This document shows positions 16,764 to 26,328 of a stretch of 64,000 nucleotides of DNA, one piece after another (the first letter of the stretch is position 1; each line of letters begins with the position of its first letter). Both the position numbers and the translations under genes were made by a program. Source of the stretch: Candidatus Omnitrophota bacterium (GTDB lineage Bacteria > Omnitrophota > Omnitrophia > Omnitrophales > JACQQS01); the NCBI GenBank assembly GCA_016206925.1, contig JACQQS010000062.1, forward strand, positions 9,254 to 73,253, in the 5' to 3' direction. The notes under the pieces are model-generated. The model searched no databases. It saw only the letters and a list, made by a program, of their open reading frames with translations, and was not told where the DNA came from.

Positions 16764-18140
16764 CTACACCCAACCGTATTTCTTTAATTTATATTGGAGA
16801 TTTTGACGGGTGAGGCCGAGCTGCCTGGCGGTTCTTACACGATTGCCGTTATTGGTTTTTAGCGCTTCCTCGATTATCTTTTTCTCGTAGTCATCGACGG
16901 AACTGCGTAGAGAATATGGATCATGTGCCGCAATCGCCGGTGGCTGTTCTTTTACGTTCATTTCACGATGAAGCGCTTCGTCAACTTCTTTTGTACCGAT
17001 CACCTCGTTTTCGAGCAGTGCGAGGATTCTTTCGATTACATTTTCCAACTCCCTGACGTTCCCAGGCCAATCGTATTCCTTAAGTTTTTCAACCGCGCCG
17101 TCTTGGATCGCGATCTTCTTGCCTAAATTCATTTGCTTTGAGAAGGATGAGATGAAATGGCCGACCAGCTTTGGGATATCATCTTTTCGCTGACGAAGCG
17201 GCGGCAGATGGATGGGAATGACATTCAGCCGGTAAAATAATTCTTGCCGGAATCGCCCTTCCTTTACCGCGAGAAGCAGATCCCGGCTTGTGGCGGCAAT
17301 AATCCGTACATCAACCGGAATATCCTTTAATCCCCCGACCCGTTTGACTACCTTCTCCTGCAAAACACGCAATAGTTTGACCTGTATTGGAAGTGTGATT
17401 TCGGCTGCCTCGTCCATGAAAAAAGTTCCCTGATGCGCAAGCTCCAGAAGGCCGGCTTTCGTGGCAACAGCGCCTGTAAAAGACCCCTTTTCGTGCCCGA
17501 AGAGTTCGCTTTCAAGCAAATTTTCAGGCAGAGCGGCGCAGTTAATTCCCACAAAATTACCTGCCTTCCGCTTGGAATTGTAATGAATAGCCCGCGCGAC
17601 AAGTTCCTTGCCGGTGCCGCTTTCGCCGGTAACAAGGACCGTGCTCGATGTCTTGGCCGATTTCTGGATAAGGTCATAAACCTTAAGCATTTCTTTGCTG
17701 CTGCCAATCAGGTTGCGCACGTTGTACTTTTCCGGCAATGCACTTCCCGTTTTCTTGGCTAGCGGAATAAATCGCGTTTCGCTAAGCGCCCGCTGGATGG
17801 AGAGTTCGAGCGCTTCGAATTTAAATGGCTTGATCACGTAATCGCTGGCGCCGTAGCGGATCGCTTCGACCGCCGAGTCCACGGAGGCATAAGCGGTCAT
17901 GATGATAACGTTTATTTCCGGGTCAAAATTCTTGACTGCTTTGATAACGTCGATTCCGTTTAAATCCGTCATACGCAGGTCAGTGATGACCAGATTTGGG
18001 CGAAAATCAGCAAGGTCGCTAATGGCCGTTTTCGCATCCGTGAAGGCAGCCACTTCATGGCCCTCCTGGGTGAGAAATCGCCCCACTACTTCAAGAATGG
18101 AGGCTTCGTCGTCTATGATCATCAATCGTTTCTTATCCAT
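16764..18140 (-). CDS. pilR: sigma54-dependent response regulator (NtrC/PilR-like: REC + AAA+ sigma54 activator + Fis-type HTH)
   Basis: Receiver with phospho-acceptor D in VITDLRM. Walker A GESGTGKELVARAIH. GSFTGA (GAFTGA-like) loop. C-terminal HTH TARQLGLTRQNLQYKLKKYG. Confidence 0.85.
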   Translation of the reverse strand: MDKKRLMIIDDEASILEVVGRFLTQEGHEVAAFTDAKTAISDLADFRPNLVITDLRMTDLNGIDVIKAVKNFDPEINVIIMTAYASVDSAVEAIRYGASDYVIKPFKFEALELSIQRALSETRFIPLAKKTGSALPEKYNVRNLIGSSKEMLKVYDLIQKSAKTSSTVLVTGESGTGKELVARAIHYNSKRKAGNFVGINCAALPENLLESELFGHEKGSFTGAVATKAGLLELAHQGTFFMDEAAEITLPIQVKLLRVLQEKVVKRVGGLKDIPVDVRIIAATSRDLLLAVKEGRFRQELFYRLNVIPIHLPPLRQRKDDIPKLVGHFISSFSKQMNLGKKIAIQDGAVEKLKEYDWPGNVRELENVIERILALLENEVIGTKEVDEALHREMNVKEQPPAIAAHDPYSLRSSVDDYEKKIIEEALKTNNGNRVRTARQLGLTRQNLQYKLKKYGWV

Positions 18141-18151
18141 GCGGCATTTCC

Positions 18152-19345
18152 CTATACCGACGGCAGAATAACATAAAACGTGCTGCCCTTTCCAATCCGG
18201 CTTCGATACGTAATTTTACCTCCGTGCTGACGGACAATTTTCTGAGCCAAGGCCAGACCTATGCCCGTGCCCCCGTTTCTGCCCGATTGAAAAGGCTGGA
18301 ATAGTTTCTTCTGCTGATCCTTGCTCATGCCCGGTCCCGTATCGCTAAAGGCAATCATAATCAGGTTTCCATCCTGCACAGTGTCAACCGAAAGTTTCCC
18401 GCCCTGTGGCATGGCTTGACAGCTGTTGGTCATGACGTTGATAAAAACCTGTTTCAACTTATCCCGGTCGGCTTCCACTTTATGATTGTTTTTCTGATAA
18501 GATTTTATTAATTCAACACGGCTGTTTATGGAGGGATTTTGACTGAAAGATACAAAAACCTCATCCAGGATCGAAGCGAGCAGCGTTTTTTCAAATTCAT
18601 ACTTTTCGTCACGTGTATAATCAAGAATTTCCTCCAGCAGACGGTTTAAACGTCCCGATTCGTTCTCAACGGTTTGGATGAGTTTTAGATCCGTCTCCGA
18701 AAGCGCGTTTTTGATATGCCGGCTGATCAACTGTACGGCGCCGGTTATGGCCATTAAAGGATTTCTGATTTCATGTGCAAGCTGCGCGGTCATTTCCCCC
18801 AGATACGAAAGCCGCTCCTTTAAGCGGAGCTCCTGCTCCATCTCGGAAACCTGCTCGGCAAAGGCGGAGGAAAGGAAGCCGACGAGCAAGTAAATACTTA
18901 CTTTAACGTAGGAAATGTATCCGGCATAAACAAGATCGGAGGGCTCTCTCCAGTGCTGGAAAATGAGCATTACGGTGAAGAGAATGCTGCCCAGTATGGA
19001 CGTAATAAAACCGTCATTTGGCCGTAAGATTACACCGGCACTAAAGATCGTCAATACCATTAAGGTGGAGAAAACGCTGTCGAAACCTCCGGTAAAGTAC
19101 ATAAGCACGATTTCAAGAATCAAATCCAGCGCTAATTGAACAGCGGCGAGCAGAAACAAATGCTTGCCGATCGTCAGCCAGCCCACGTAAATGGTGCTTA
19201 GCACAAGAACGACGACAATCAGCGCGAAAAGCACAAACCCTTCCTTGATGGCCAGAAGCCCGAAGCAAAGGAAGAGCGTGGCAACCAGCAGACGGAGCAT
19301 GATCAGCAGCTTAATTTTTTTTCGGATATCGGCCGGGCGGATCAT
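18152..19345 (-). CDS. pilS: sensor histidine kinase (PilS-like; polytopic N-terminal membrane domain + HisKA + HATPase_c)
   Basis: About 6 TM helices in the first 180 aa. H-box LGEMTAQLAHEIRNPL. G-boxes GGTGIGLALAQKIV. Confidence 0.8.
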   Translation of the reverse strand: MIRPADIRKKIKLLIMLRLLVATLFLCFGLLAIKEGFVLFALIVVVLVLSTIYVGWLTIGKHLFLLAAVQLALDLILEIVLMYFTGGFDSVFSTLMVLTIFSAGVILRPNDGFITSILGSILFTVMLIFQHWREPSDLVYAGYISYVKVSIYLLVGFLSSAFAEQVSEMEQELRLKERLSYLGEMTAQLAHEIRNPLMAITGAVQLISRHIKNALSETDLKLIQTVENESGRLNRLLEEILDYTRDEKYEFEKTLLASILDEVFVSFSQNPSINSRVELIKSYQKNNHKVEADRDKLKQVFINVMTNSCQAMPQGGKLSVDTVQDGNLIMIAFSDTGPGMSKDQQKKLFQPFQSGRNGGTGIGLALAQKIVRQHGGKITYRSRIGKGSTFYVILPSV

Positions 19346-19349
19346 AGTT

Positions 19350-20567
19350 TTATAAATGCTGGGTAATGGTCAGAATCGGAAGAAACAACGCAATGACAAT
19401 TCCGCCGATCACAACTCCCAAGAAAGCAATAATGACCGGCTCGATAATGGAAGTCAGCCCGTTTACGGCGGCAGATACCTGTTCATCATAAAAATCGGCA
19501 ATCTTATTGAGCATTTGCTCCAGCTCTCCGGTTTCCTCGCCCACCGCAATCATTCGGACCACCATGGGCGGGAAGAGTTTGGTTTTACTTAAAGGTCCGG
19601 CAATGGTTTCACCCTCCTTGATGGACACCTCGACTTCATTAACGATTTTTTCGATGCGCACATTGCCCGCAGACTTTGCCACGATTTCAAGCGCGGTCAA
19701 AATGTGCACGCCGCTTTTGACAAGCGTCGACAAAGTCCGCGCGAACCGGCTGATGGCTACTTTCAAAAACAATGGACCAAATATGATGAGCTTCAATTTC
19801 ACGCCGTCGAACCAGTAACGCCCGGGGTTCGTGGCGATAAACCGTGTAAAAACAATGAAGAATATCACAAATCCAAGCACGATGAACCAGAAGTTGTCGC
19901 GCACGAATTGGCTGAACTCAATGAGAAACAAAGTTAATTTGGGCAAAGGGGCCTGCAATTGCGCAAAAATTTCGGCAAACTTCGGAATGACAAATGTGAG
20001 CATGAGCGTCGTGATCACCATAGCCATTACGCTGACGACGGCCGGGTAAATCATTGCAGACCGGACCTTCTTGCGCAAACTGCTCATGCGCTCATAGTAG
20101 TTTGCAATACGGTCGAGAATTTCATGGAGATTACCGCTTTCTTCACCGGCTCTGGCCAGGTTTACAAAAAGTTTAGAGAAAACTTTAGGAAATTTTGAGA
20201 GCGCTTCGGAAAACTTCTTGCCCCCTTCTATGTCATCACGAATCTTTAAGATAACGTCCTGAAAATTAGCGTTATCCATCTGTTCGCCCAGAATGGTGAG
20301 GGCCTGGAGCAAAGGCACGCCGGCATCCACCATGGTAGCAATTTGACGGGAAAATACGACAAGGTCATCCAGCTTTATTTTTCTGCGTTTGCGCGTGAAT
20401 CCCTTGCCGGCGAAGAGGCTCTTTTTCTCGCGTATGGGCTCAACCGAGATGATGTGGAAACCCTTGTCGCGCAGAAGACCTACCAGCCTCGTGACATCGT
20501 CAGCTTCCTGGACTCCCCGTATATCTTTGCCCTCGTGGTCTTTCACGTGATATATAAATTCGCCCAT
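19350..20567 (-). CDS. pilC: type IV pilus platform protein PilC (GspF family), copy 1
   Basis: 405 aa with two T2SS-F repeats. Immediately downstream of the two PilB-like ATPases. Confidence 0.85.
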   Translation of the reverse strand: MGEFIYHVKDHEGKDIRGVQEADDVTRLVGLLRDKGFHIISVEPIREKKSLFAGKGFTRKRRKIKLDDLVVFSRQIATMVDAGVPLLQALTILGEQMDNANFQDVILKIRDDIEGGKKFSEALSKFPKVFSKLFVNLARAGEESGNLHEILDRIANYYERMSSLRKKVRSAMIYPAVVSVMAMVITTLMLTFVIPKFAEIFAQLQAPLPKLTLFLIEFSQFVRDNFWFIVLGFVIFFIVFTRFIATNPGRYWFDGVKLKLIIFGPLFLKVAISRFARTLSTLVKSGVHILTALEIVAKSAGNVRIEKIVNEVEVSIKEGETIAGPLSKTKLFPPMVVRMIAVGEETGELEQMLNKIADFYDEQVSAAVNGLTSIIEPVIIAFLGVVIGGIVIALFLPILTITQHL

Positions 20568-20598
20568 GACGGTCCCTTCTCGTTGAAGTGCGGGTTAT

Positions 20599-22290
20599 TT
20601 AGATGCTTGCGATACGGAAAACTTCCTCCAATGTGGTATTACCCCTTCGGAATTGTTCGAAAGCGTTGTCAAACAAGAGCTTCATCCCTTTCTTTACGGC
20701 GGTCTGCTGAATCAGATCGCTGGATGTGCGCGATATAATCATTTCCCGCAACTCATCATCAAGATCAAGCGTTTCCAGAACAGCGAGGCGTCCGTAAAAA
20801 CCGCTGTTGCCGCAGCGTTCACAACCTTGTCCGCAATAGGAACGAACGTTCTTCAACATGTCGGGGTTAACTTGCAATCGCTTTAAGACTTCTTTGGCAA
20901 CCGGTCGTTCCTCCTTGCAGTTTTGGCAAATTCTTCTGGCAAGACGTTGCGCGGCAAGAAGATTGACCGAAGATGCGATCAAAAAAGGCTCCACTTTCAT
21001 ATCCAAAAGACGTGTAACGGCTCCCGCAGCGCTATTCGTGTGAAGCGTACTGAATACCAGATGTCCCGTCAGTGCCGCCTTTGCCGCAATGTCGGCGGTT
21101 TCATTATCACGTATTTCGCCGATCAGTATGATGTCCGGACTCTGGCGCAAGAGAGCGCGAAGTCCCTGCGAAAAGGTTAAACCAATCTCGGGAGCGACTT
21201 GAGTTTGCGTAATTCCTTCAACCTGGTATTCCACCGGATCTTCTATCGTCATGATGTTCCTTTCGGGCGTGTTCAGGCGGTTCATGATCGTATAAAGCGT
21301 CGTGGACTTGCCGCTGCCGGTGGGACCCGTGATGATGATCATTCCATAAGGTTTTGAGATGGCTTGTTCAAGCGATTCCTGCGGTCCGGGAAGAAATCCC
21401 AGGTCGGCCATACTCAGTTTAAGCGTACTCTTGTCCAGAATTCTGAGCACTCCTTTTTCGCCGTGCACCATGGGAAGCACCGAGAATCGAAAGTCGATAT
21501 CTTTGCCCTGAGTCTTGATTTTGAAACGTCCGTCTTGGGGTTTTCGATGCTCGGTGATGTCCATTCCGGACATGATCTTGAGCCGCGCGAGAAGCGGTCC
21601 GTGCATATTCTTGGGCGGCGTGTAAGCTTGGTTTAGATGGCCATCAATCCGGTATCGCACTCGAAAGGTTTGCTCGTAAGGCTCAAAGTGAATATCAGAA
21701 GCACGTTTTCGTATGGCTTCAAGCAAAAAGAGATCCACCATTTTTACTACGGGCGCTTCCTCGGACGCCGCTGCGGTTTCTACGGATTCTTTCTCCATTC
21801 CTTCATGAATGACCTGCAATTCTTCATCCGCCGCATCAATGAGATCGTCGATTTCCTCCATGTCGGAGTAGTATTTTTCGAGCGCGTTATGAATATCCCG
21901 CTGGGTAGATATGACCGGCCTTATGGTGCACTGGGTCATGCGCTGAACTTCATCCAACGCCATTACATTGAGCGGGTCGCTCATCGCAAGCGTCAATATT
22001 TTCCCGATGCGCGCAAGCGGAATGATCTCAAACTTCTCGGCAAATTTTCTTGGAATAAGTTGAATAACTTTGGGTTCAACAGAAAACAAGTTGAGATTCA
22101 GATAAGGTAATTTCAGTTCATTGCTTAGAAGCATGGTGAGATCCGATTCGGAGATAAGCCCCTCTTGAACTAAAAGATCAGATAGTTTCCCCTCCCCTTT
22201 TTTGTGCTGATCCATTACCCGTTCAAGGTCACTTAATTTGACCGAACCCTGTTTCGTAAGTATCTCAATGATTCTATCGGTGAGCAGCAT
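20599..22290 (-). CDS. GspE/PilB-family secretion ATPase (with N-terminal T2SS-E N domain and C-terminal tetra-Cys zinc motif), copy 2
   Basis: Walker A GPTGSGKSTTLYTIM. Asp box and His box present. CQNC...CERCGNSGFYGR zinc-binding motif. 563 aa, so the N-terminal domain is present, unlike PilT. Confidence 0.9.
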   Translation of the reverse strand: MLLTDRIIEILTKQGSVKLSDLERVMDQHKKGEGKLSDLLVQEGLISESDLTMLLSNELKLPYLNLNLFSVEPKVIQLIPRKFAEKFEIIPLARIGKILTLAMSDPLNVMALDEVQRMTQCTIRPVISTQRDIHNALEKYYSDMEEIDDLIDAADEELQVIHEGMEKESVETAAASEEAPVVKMVDLFLLEAIRKRASDIHFEPYEQTFRVRYRIDGHLNQAYTPPKNMHGPLLARLKIMSGMDITEHRKPQDGRFKIKTQGKDIDFRFSVLPMVHGEKGVLRILDKSTLKLSMADLGFLPGPQESLEQAISKPYGMIIITGPTGSGKSTTLYTIMNRLNTPERNIMTIEDPVEYQVEGITQTQVAPEIGLTFSQGLRALLRQSPDIILIGEIRDNETADIAAKAALTGHLVFSTLHTNSAAGAVTRLLDMKVEPFLIASSVNLLAAQRLARRICQNCKEERPVAKEVLKRLQVNPDMLKNVRSYCGQGCERCGNSGFYGRLAVLETLDLDDELREMIISRTSSDLIQQTAVKKGMKLLFDNAFEQFRRGNTTLEEVFRIASI

Positions 22291-24008
22291 TAGATCTCCA
22301 ATAGGGTTCCCGTGTCAGGATCCGGCATAGTCACACGGTAAACTTCTTCCACGCTTGTTTCGCCATGTACTACTTTCCGTATCACACTTTCTCGTAATGT
22401 TGTCATGCCTTCCTTGCGTGCGGTAGCTTTAATGACATCGGCGGTTTCTTGTTTCACGATGAGATCATTAATTTTTGGCGTGAGCAGAAGAACTTCGGTA
22501 ATAACCGATCGGCCGGCAAACCCCGTTCGACGGCATAACGCGCACCCGGCAGGTTTATAAAATGTATATTTCCGATCCTTGGGAAGTCGGAAATCGATGA
22601 TCAACTTTTCCGGAGGTGTGTAGGTTTCGCGGCAATGGTGGCAGAGGCGTCTAACAAGCCTTTGCGCGGACACCATCAAAACGGATGAGGTTATGAGAAA
22701 CGGCTCGATTCCCATGTTGGTCATTCGGATAATGGAACTTGCGGCATCATTGGTGTGGAGAGTGCTTAGAACCAGGTGCCCCGTCAATGCCGCTTTAATA
22801 GCAATGTCCAGCGTTTCGACGTCGCGTATTTCGCCGATCATGATGATGTCGGGATCTTGCCTTAGGATTGATCTCAAGGCCGCTGAAAACGTGAGGCCCA
22901 CGTAGTCGTTAGATTGAACTTGATTAACTCCTTCCACTTTGTATTCGACGGGATCCTCAACGGTTGTTATGTTTTTGGTTTCATCGTGCAGGTGCTGCAA
23001 AATGGAATAAAGCGTCGTGGATTTTCCGCTGCCGGTCGGACCGGTAACCAGAATCATGCCGTAAGGCCGCCGCGCGCATTGTTCAATCCGCTCCAACTCT
23101 CTCGGATGAAATCCGAGGCCTTTGAGATCCTGTTGGTGGGTTGAGGTATCCAAAATACGTAGGCAAACTTTTTCTCCAAAGCTGGTTGGGATAATGGAGA
23201 CACGTATGTCAATCATCCGGTCAAGAGCCTTGATCCTAAACCGGCCATCTTGGGGGATGCGGTGTTCCGCAATATTCAGATTGGAAACCACTTTTATGCG
23301 TGAAACAAGGGCTTCGGCCATACTCTTGGGAGGCGCTTTGATATCCTCCAATAATCCGTCAATGCGGCAGCGCACGTGCAGCTTTTTCTCCCAGGGTTCG
23401 ATAAATAAGTCGCTGGCTTTTCTGCGCACGGCTTCGGTCAAAAGAGCGTTCGTAATTTTGATAACGGGTGTTTCAGTGGCCAGCCGGATAAGCTCGGACG
23501 ATGATTTCCCCGAGTCGTTTTGCTTTTCCGTGGCTTCATCAATCAATTCCTGCATGGACTCGTTTCCGATAGAAACCTCGCTGTAACACCGATCAATGGC
23601 CTGCCGAATCACTTTTGGAAGCGCGATAACCGGCGAGACGGTGCTATCCGTTATCGAGCGCAAGTCATCGAGAAGAAGTACATCGGCAGGGTTAATGATG
23701 GCTACCGTGATCGCACCGTTTGCGCGGCTGATCGGAAGAACACCGTGCCGTTGCGCAAATCCCGTAGGAATTAATGACAGGAGATCGGCGGGAACCGAAA
23801 TGCTGGAAACATCCACAATGGGATATCTGAAGAAGTCACTCAAAAATGACAAATAGCTTTCGCTGCTGATCCATTCATGGTCCAGGAGACATTCGGTTAA
23901 GCTTTCGTCCGGTGGACAAACTTTTCGGGCGCGCTCCAGGCGCTCTGCTTTGAGTAGGCCCTGATTTACCATCATCTCAAGCATTTTGTTGGACAAGACT
24001 TCTTTCAT
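22290..24008 (-). CDS. GspE/PilB-family secretion ATPase, copy 1
   Basis: Walker A GPTGSGKSTTLYSIL. CHHCRETY...CALCRRTGFAGR tetra-Cys motif. 572 aa. Its stop overlaps the start of copy 2. Confidence 0.9.
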   Translation of the reverse strand: MKEVLSNKMLEMMVNQGLLKAERLERARKVCPPDESLTECLLDHEWISSESYLSFLSDFFRYPIVDVSSISVPADLLSLIPTGFAQRHGVLPISRANGAITVAIINPADVLLLDDLRSITDSTVSPVIALPKVIRQAIDRCYSEVSIGNESMQELIDEATEKQNDSGKSSSELIRLATETPVIKITNALLTEAVRRKASDLFIEPWEKKLHVRCRIDGLLEDIKAPPKSMAEALVSRIKVVSNLNIAEHRIPQDGRFRIKALDRMIDIRVSIIPTSFGEKVCLRILDTSTHQQDLKGLGFHPRELERIEQCARRPYGMILVTGPTGSGKSTTLYSILQHLHDETKNITTVEDPVEYKVEGVNQVQSNDYVGLTFSAALRSILRQDPDIIMIGEIRDVETLDIAIKAALTGHLVLSTLHTNDAASSIIRMTNMGIEPFLITSSVLMVSAQRLVRRLCHHCRETYTPPEKLIIDFRLPKDRKYTFYKPAGCALCRRTGFAGRSVITEVLLLTPKINDLIVKQETADVIKATARKEGMTTLRESVIRKVVHGETSVEEVYRVTMPDPDTGTLLEI

Positions 24009-24013
24009 GGAAT

Positions 24014-24562
24014 TTACTCAGTAGACGGCGGACTCTGGGTAGGTTTCTCTGTTTTCTTCTCGCGTGCGACGCGAAAACTTATTTTGGATACGTTCACACT
24101 TGCATTGTTGTCTTCAGGAAATTCGAGCTTGTAGTATCGCTTGATGGCTTTTTTTATCTCCGTTACCGTGGCGACAAACGGCTGCACATGACAGCCTGAG
24201 GTCGATTCAATGGTTTTAATCGCTTGCGCGTTGCTCGGATCAGACATGACCACGGTGAGAATGCTTTGAACTCGGTCAATTGGAATGCATAGATATTGAC
24301 GAACGGTATCTATCGGAAGGGCTTTTACCGCTTGCGGGTTTATTTCGAAGTTATCTATGGGAAGATAAGGAAAATTGAATTGAGTGGCGAGCGCTATGAC
24401 AATATCTTCTTCTTTCACAAAACCAAGGCGAATGAGAATTTCGCCGAGCAGCCCGCCCTCCGATTCTTGCGTCTTGAGTGCCTGGTTGAGCCCGCCTTCG
24501 TTTAGGATGCCGTACTCAAGAAGAATTTCCCCCAGTTTCTTATGTCCCGCTTCCTTGGGCAT
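24014..24562 (-). CDS. stand-alone T2SS-E N-terminal domain protein (MshEN-like; candidate c-di-GMP receptor)
   Basis: 182 aa. Two tandem motifs matching the MshEN consensus: KLGEILLEYGILNEGGLNQALKTQ and LLGEILIRLGFVKEEDIVIALATQ. They are followed by a GSPII_E_N-like fold region (PIDTVRQYLCIPI...VVMSDPSN). Confidence 0.7.
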   Translation of the reverse strand: MPKEAGHKKLGEILLEYGILNEGGLNQALKTQESEGGLLGEILIRLGFVKEEDIVIALATQFNFPYLPIDNFEINPQAVKALPIDTVRQYLCIPIDRVQSILTVVMSDPSNAQAIKTIESTSGCHVQPFVATVTEIKKAIKRYYKLEFPEDNNASVNVSKISFRVAREKKTEKPTQSPPSTE

Positions 24563-24785
24563 AGGCCTTATCCTTAAGTGTGGTTATTAAAAAGTTTTAC
24601 GATTGGATAAGAACTTGTTAATCTTAAAAACCTTTCTGCTCAATTAAAGTATACATACCGCCCTTCTCTTTTACAAACGAGCACGTGATTATAGAATTGT
24701 GTAACTTATTGATTCATAGGAGTTTGTGTAGTCACCGGTACGATTCTTCTAGAGAAACCGGGTTTAGAGCTGGAAACTTTTGACG

Positions 24786-25349
24786 TTAAGCTAGAGGAAT
24801 ACGGCTGATCACAGAATAGATAGGGCCGCTTGGCGTCAACACACTTTTAAAGAACGCAAGCTCTTTGATCAAAGTGGGGCCGGTTAGAGGTGGTGAAAAG
24901 TCCGGCTGAAAAATCGACTCGGGAAAACCGGCGGAATGTCTTTCCTTGATTCGGGCAATGGTCAAATGGGGTTTGAATGTTCTACCCTCGACGGGAAACC
25001 CGAACGATCTCAACGCGGCATCGACCGTTCGCTTTAAGTTGTGCAACGCACCACCTTTTTCAACGATCTCACGCCAGATTAGCCTCGGCTGCTTTCGATC
25101 CGGAAAAACGCCCAAATTCCCTAACGATACAAAAATTTGAAGGCGGTTTTGCGCAAACCTCTCTTTCAGCTCTCTTGTAATTTCTTGCGCGGTCATCTCC
25201 GGAATGTCTTCAAAAAAAGCCAGCGTTAGGTGAACTTGCTCTGACCGCACAAAGCTTGCATGGACACCTGACTCTTTAAGCTTTTTAATAGTATCTTCAA
25301 CTGCCTTGCCGAAAGAATTGCTTAAATCCAGTGCCAGAAATGCGCGCAT
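24786..25349 (-). CDS. thpR: RNA 2',3'-cyclic phosphodiesterase / 2'-5' RNA ligase family (ThpR/LigT, 2H phosphoesterase)
   Basis: Two H-x-T-x motifs (HLTLAFF and HLTIARI) about 85 aa apart. The likely start is the internal ATG at 25349 (MRAFLALDL...), not the ORF-track start at 25553. Confidence 0.8.
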   Translation of the reverse strand: MRAFLALDLSNSFGKAVEDTIKKLKESGVHASFVRSEQVHLTLAFFEDIPEMTAQEITRELKERFAQNRLQIFVSLGNLGVFPDRKQPRLIWREIVEKGGALHNLKRTVDAALRSFGFPVEGRTFKPHLTIARIKERHSAGFPESIFQPDFSPPLTGPTLIKELAFFKSVLTPSGPIYSVISRIPLA

Positions 25350-25351
25350 GA

Positions 25352-25843
25352 CTATTTTTCGCAGAGTACATTGTAAAGCAAGGACAACGCAGCGGTAACC
25401 GTGTGCCGGCGAATATATACGCGATTGCCTCGGAATTGAAATTTTGCATGCTTGACATTTTTTCCGGATACCACGGCAACGTGAACAAGCCCGACAGGTT
25501 TCGACCGCGTTCCTCCCTCCGGTCCGGCAATACCGGTAACGCTTACGGCACAACTCGAACCTGTAATAGCTTGAACACCTTTGGCCATTGCGATTGCCAC
25601 GGGCGACGAAACAGCGCCGAATCTTAACAGTAATTTCTTTTCCACGCCGAGCAGTTTTTGTTTAACTTCATTTGAATAAGCGACGATTCCACCTAAGTAA
25701 TAACGGGAAGCGCCAGGCACACTCGTAATGGCCTCACCGATTCCTCCCGCGGTAATGCTTTCTGCCGTGGACAAAGTCATCCTTTTCTTCGAGAGCAACG
25801 TTCCGATGGTGAGCAATACGACGTTTGGTTGGCGGGTGGACAT
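25352..25843 (-). CDS. pncC: CinA C-terminal domain protein / nicotinamide-nucleotide amidohydrolase PncC
   Basis: TLSTAESITAGGIGEAIT and overall match to the CinA_C fold. 163 aa. Confidence 0.8.
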   Translation of the reverse strand: MSTRQPNVVLLTIGTLLSKKRMTLSTAESITAGGIGEAITSVPGASRYYLGGIVAYSNEVKQKLLGVEKKLLLRFGAVSSPVAIAMAKGVQAITGSSCAVSVTGIAGPEGGTRSKPVGLVHVAVVSGKNVKHAKFQFRGNRVYIRRHTVTAALSLLYNVLCEK

Positions 25844-26328
25844 TAAGCGATAAGAGATGCTGCCAATCGAAGCAAAAGATTACTTACAACGCCCGCCGCG
25901 AGGTCATCAAGCATGATTCCCCATCCGCCCGGCAACGATTCGAGCCGGCGGATAAGCGGGAGTTTGAAGATATCCATAATCCGAAAAATAATGAACCCAA
26001 GCGCAAGTTGAGTCAATGTGGGTTGAATGAAGATAAACGTGGCTAGGATGCCGCAGACTTCATCAATAACTACGTTTGGAGGATCCGGATGCCCCGTCGT
26101 TTTAACGGTCCGGTCACTTGCCCAAACACCGATCAAAAAACACGCGGCATAGCAAATTGTTTGAAGAGCCTGCGTTAGCCTTGTAAAAGAAGGCACCCAA
26201 AACAGCGCACCCAGACTTCCAAAGGTTCCGGGTCCAACCGGAATATACCCCAGACCCAAACCGGTCGCGACGAGCTTGCTAATTTTTTCGGCCAAGGAGG
26301 TCTGCTCCATTTGCAGAAAAAAAGTCAT
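25843..26328 (-). CDS. pgpA: phosphatidylglycerophosphatase A
   Basis: LVATGLGLGYIPVGPGTFGSLGALFW, the hallmark PgpA N-terminal motif. Confidence 0.8.
   Translation of the reverse strand: MTFFLQMEQTSLAEKISKLVATGLGLGYIPVGPGTFGSLGALFWVPSFTRLTQALQTICYAACFLIGVWASDRTVKTTGHPDPPNVVIDEVCGILATFIFIQPTLTQLALGFIIFRIMDIFKLPLIRRLESLPGGWGIMLDDLAAGVVSNLLLRLAASLIA

Noticed and set aside
24563-24785. Intergenic 223-nt region upstream of the ATPase operon examined for tRNA/sRNA or a sigma54 promoter
   Set aside because: No tRNA-like acceptor or T-arm motifs, no GG-N10-GC element. AT-rich and probably an ordinary promoter region. Nothing specific can be supported from sequence alone.
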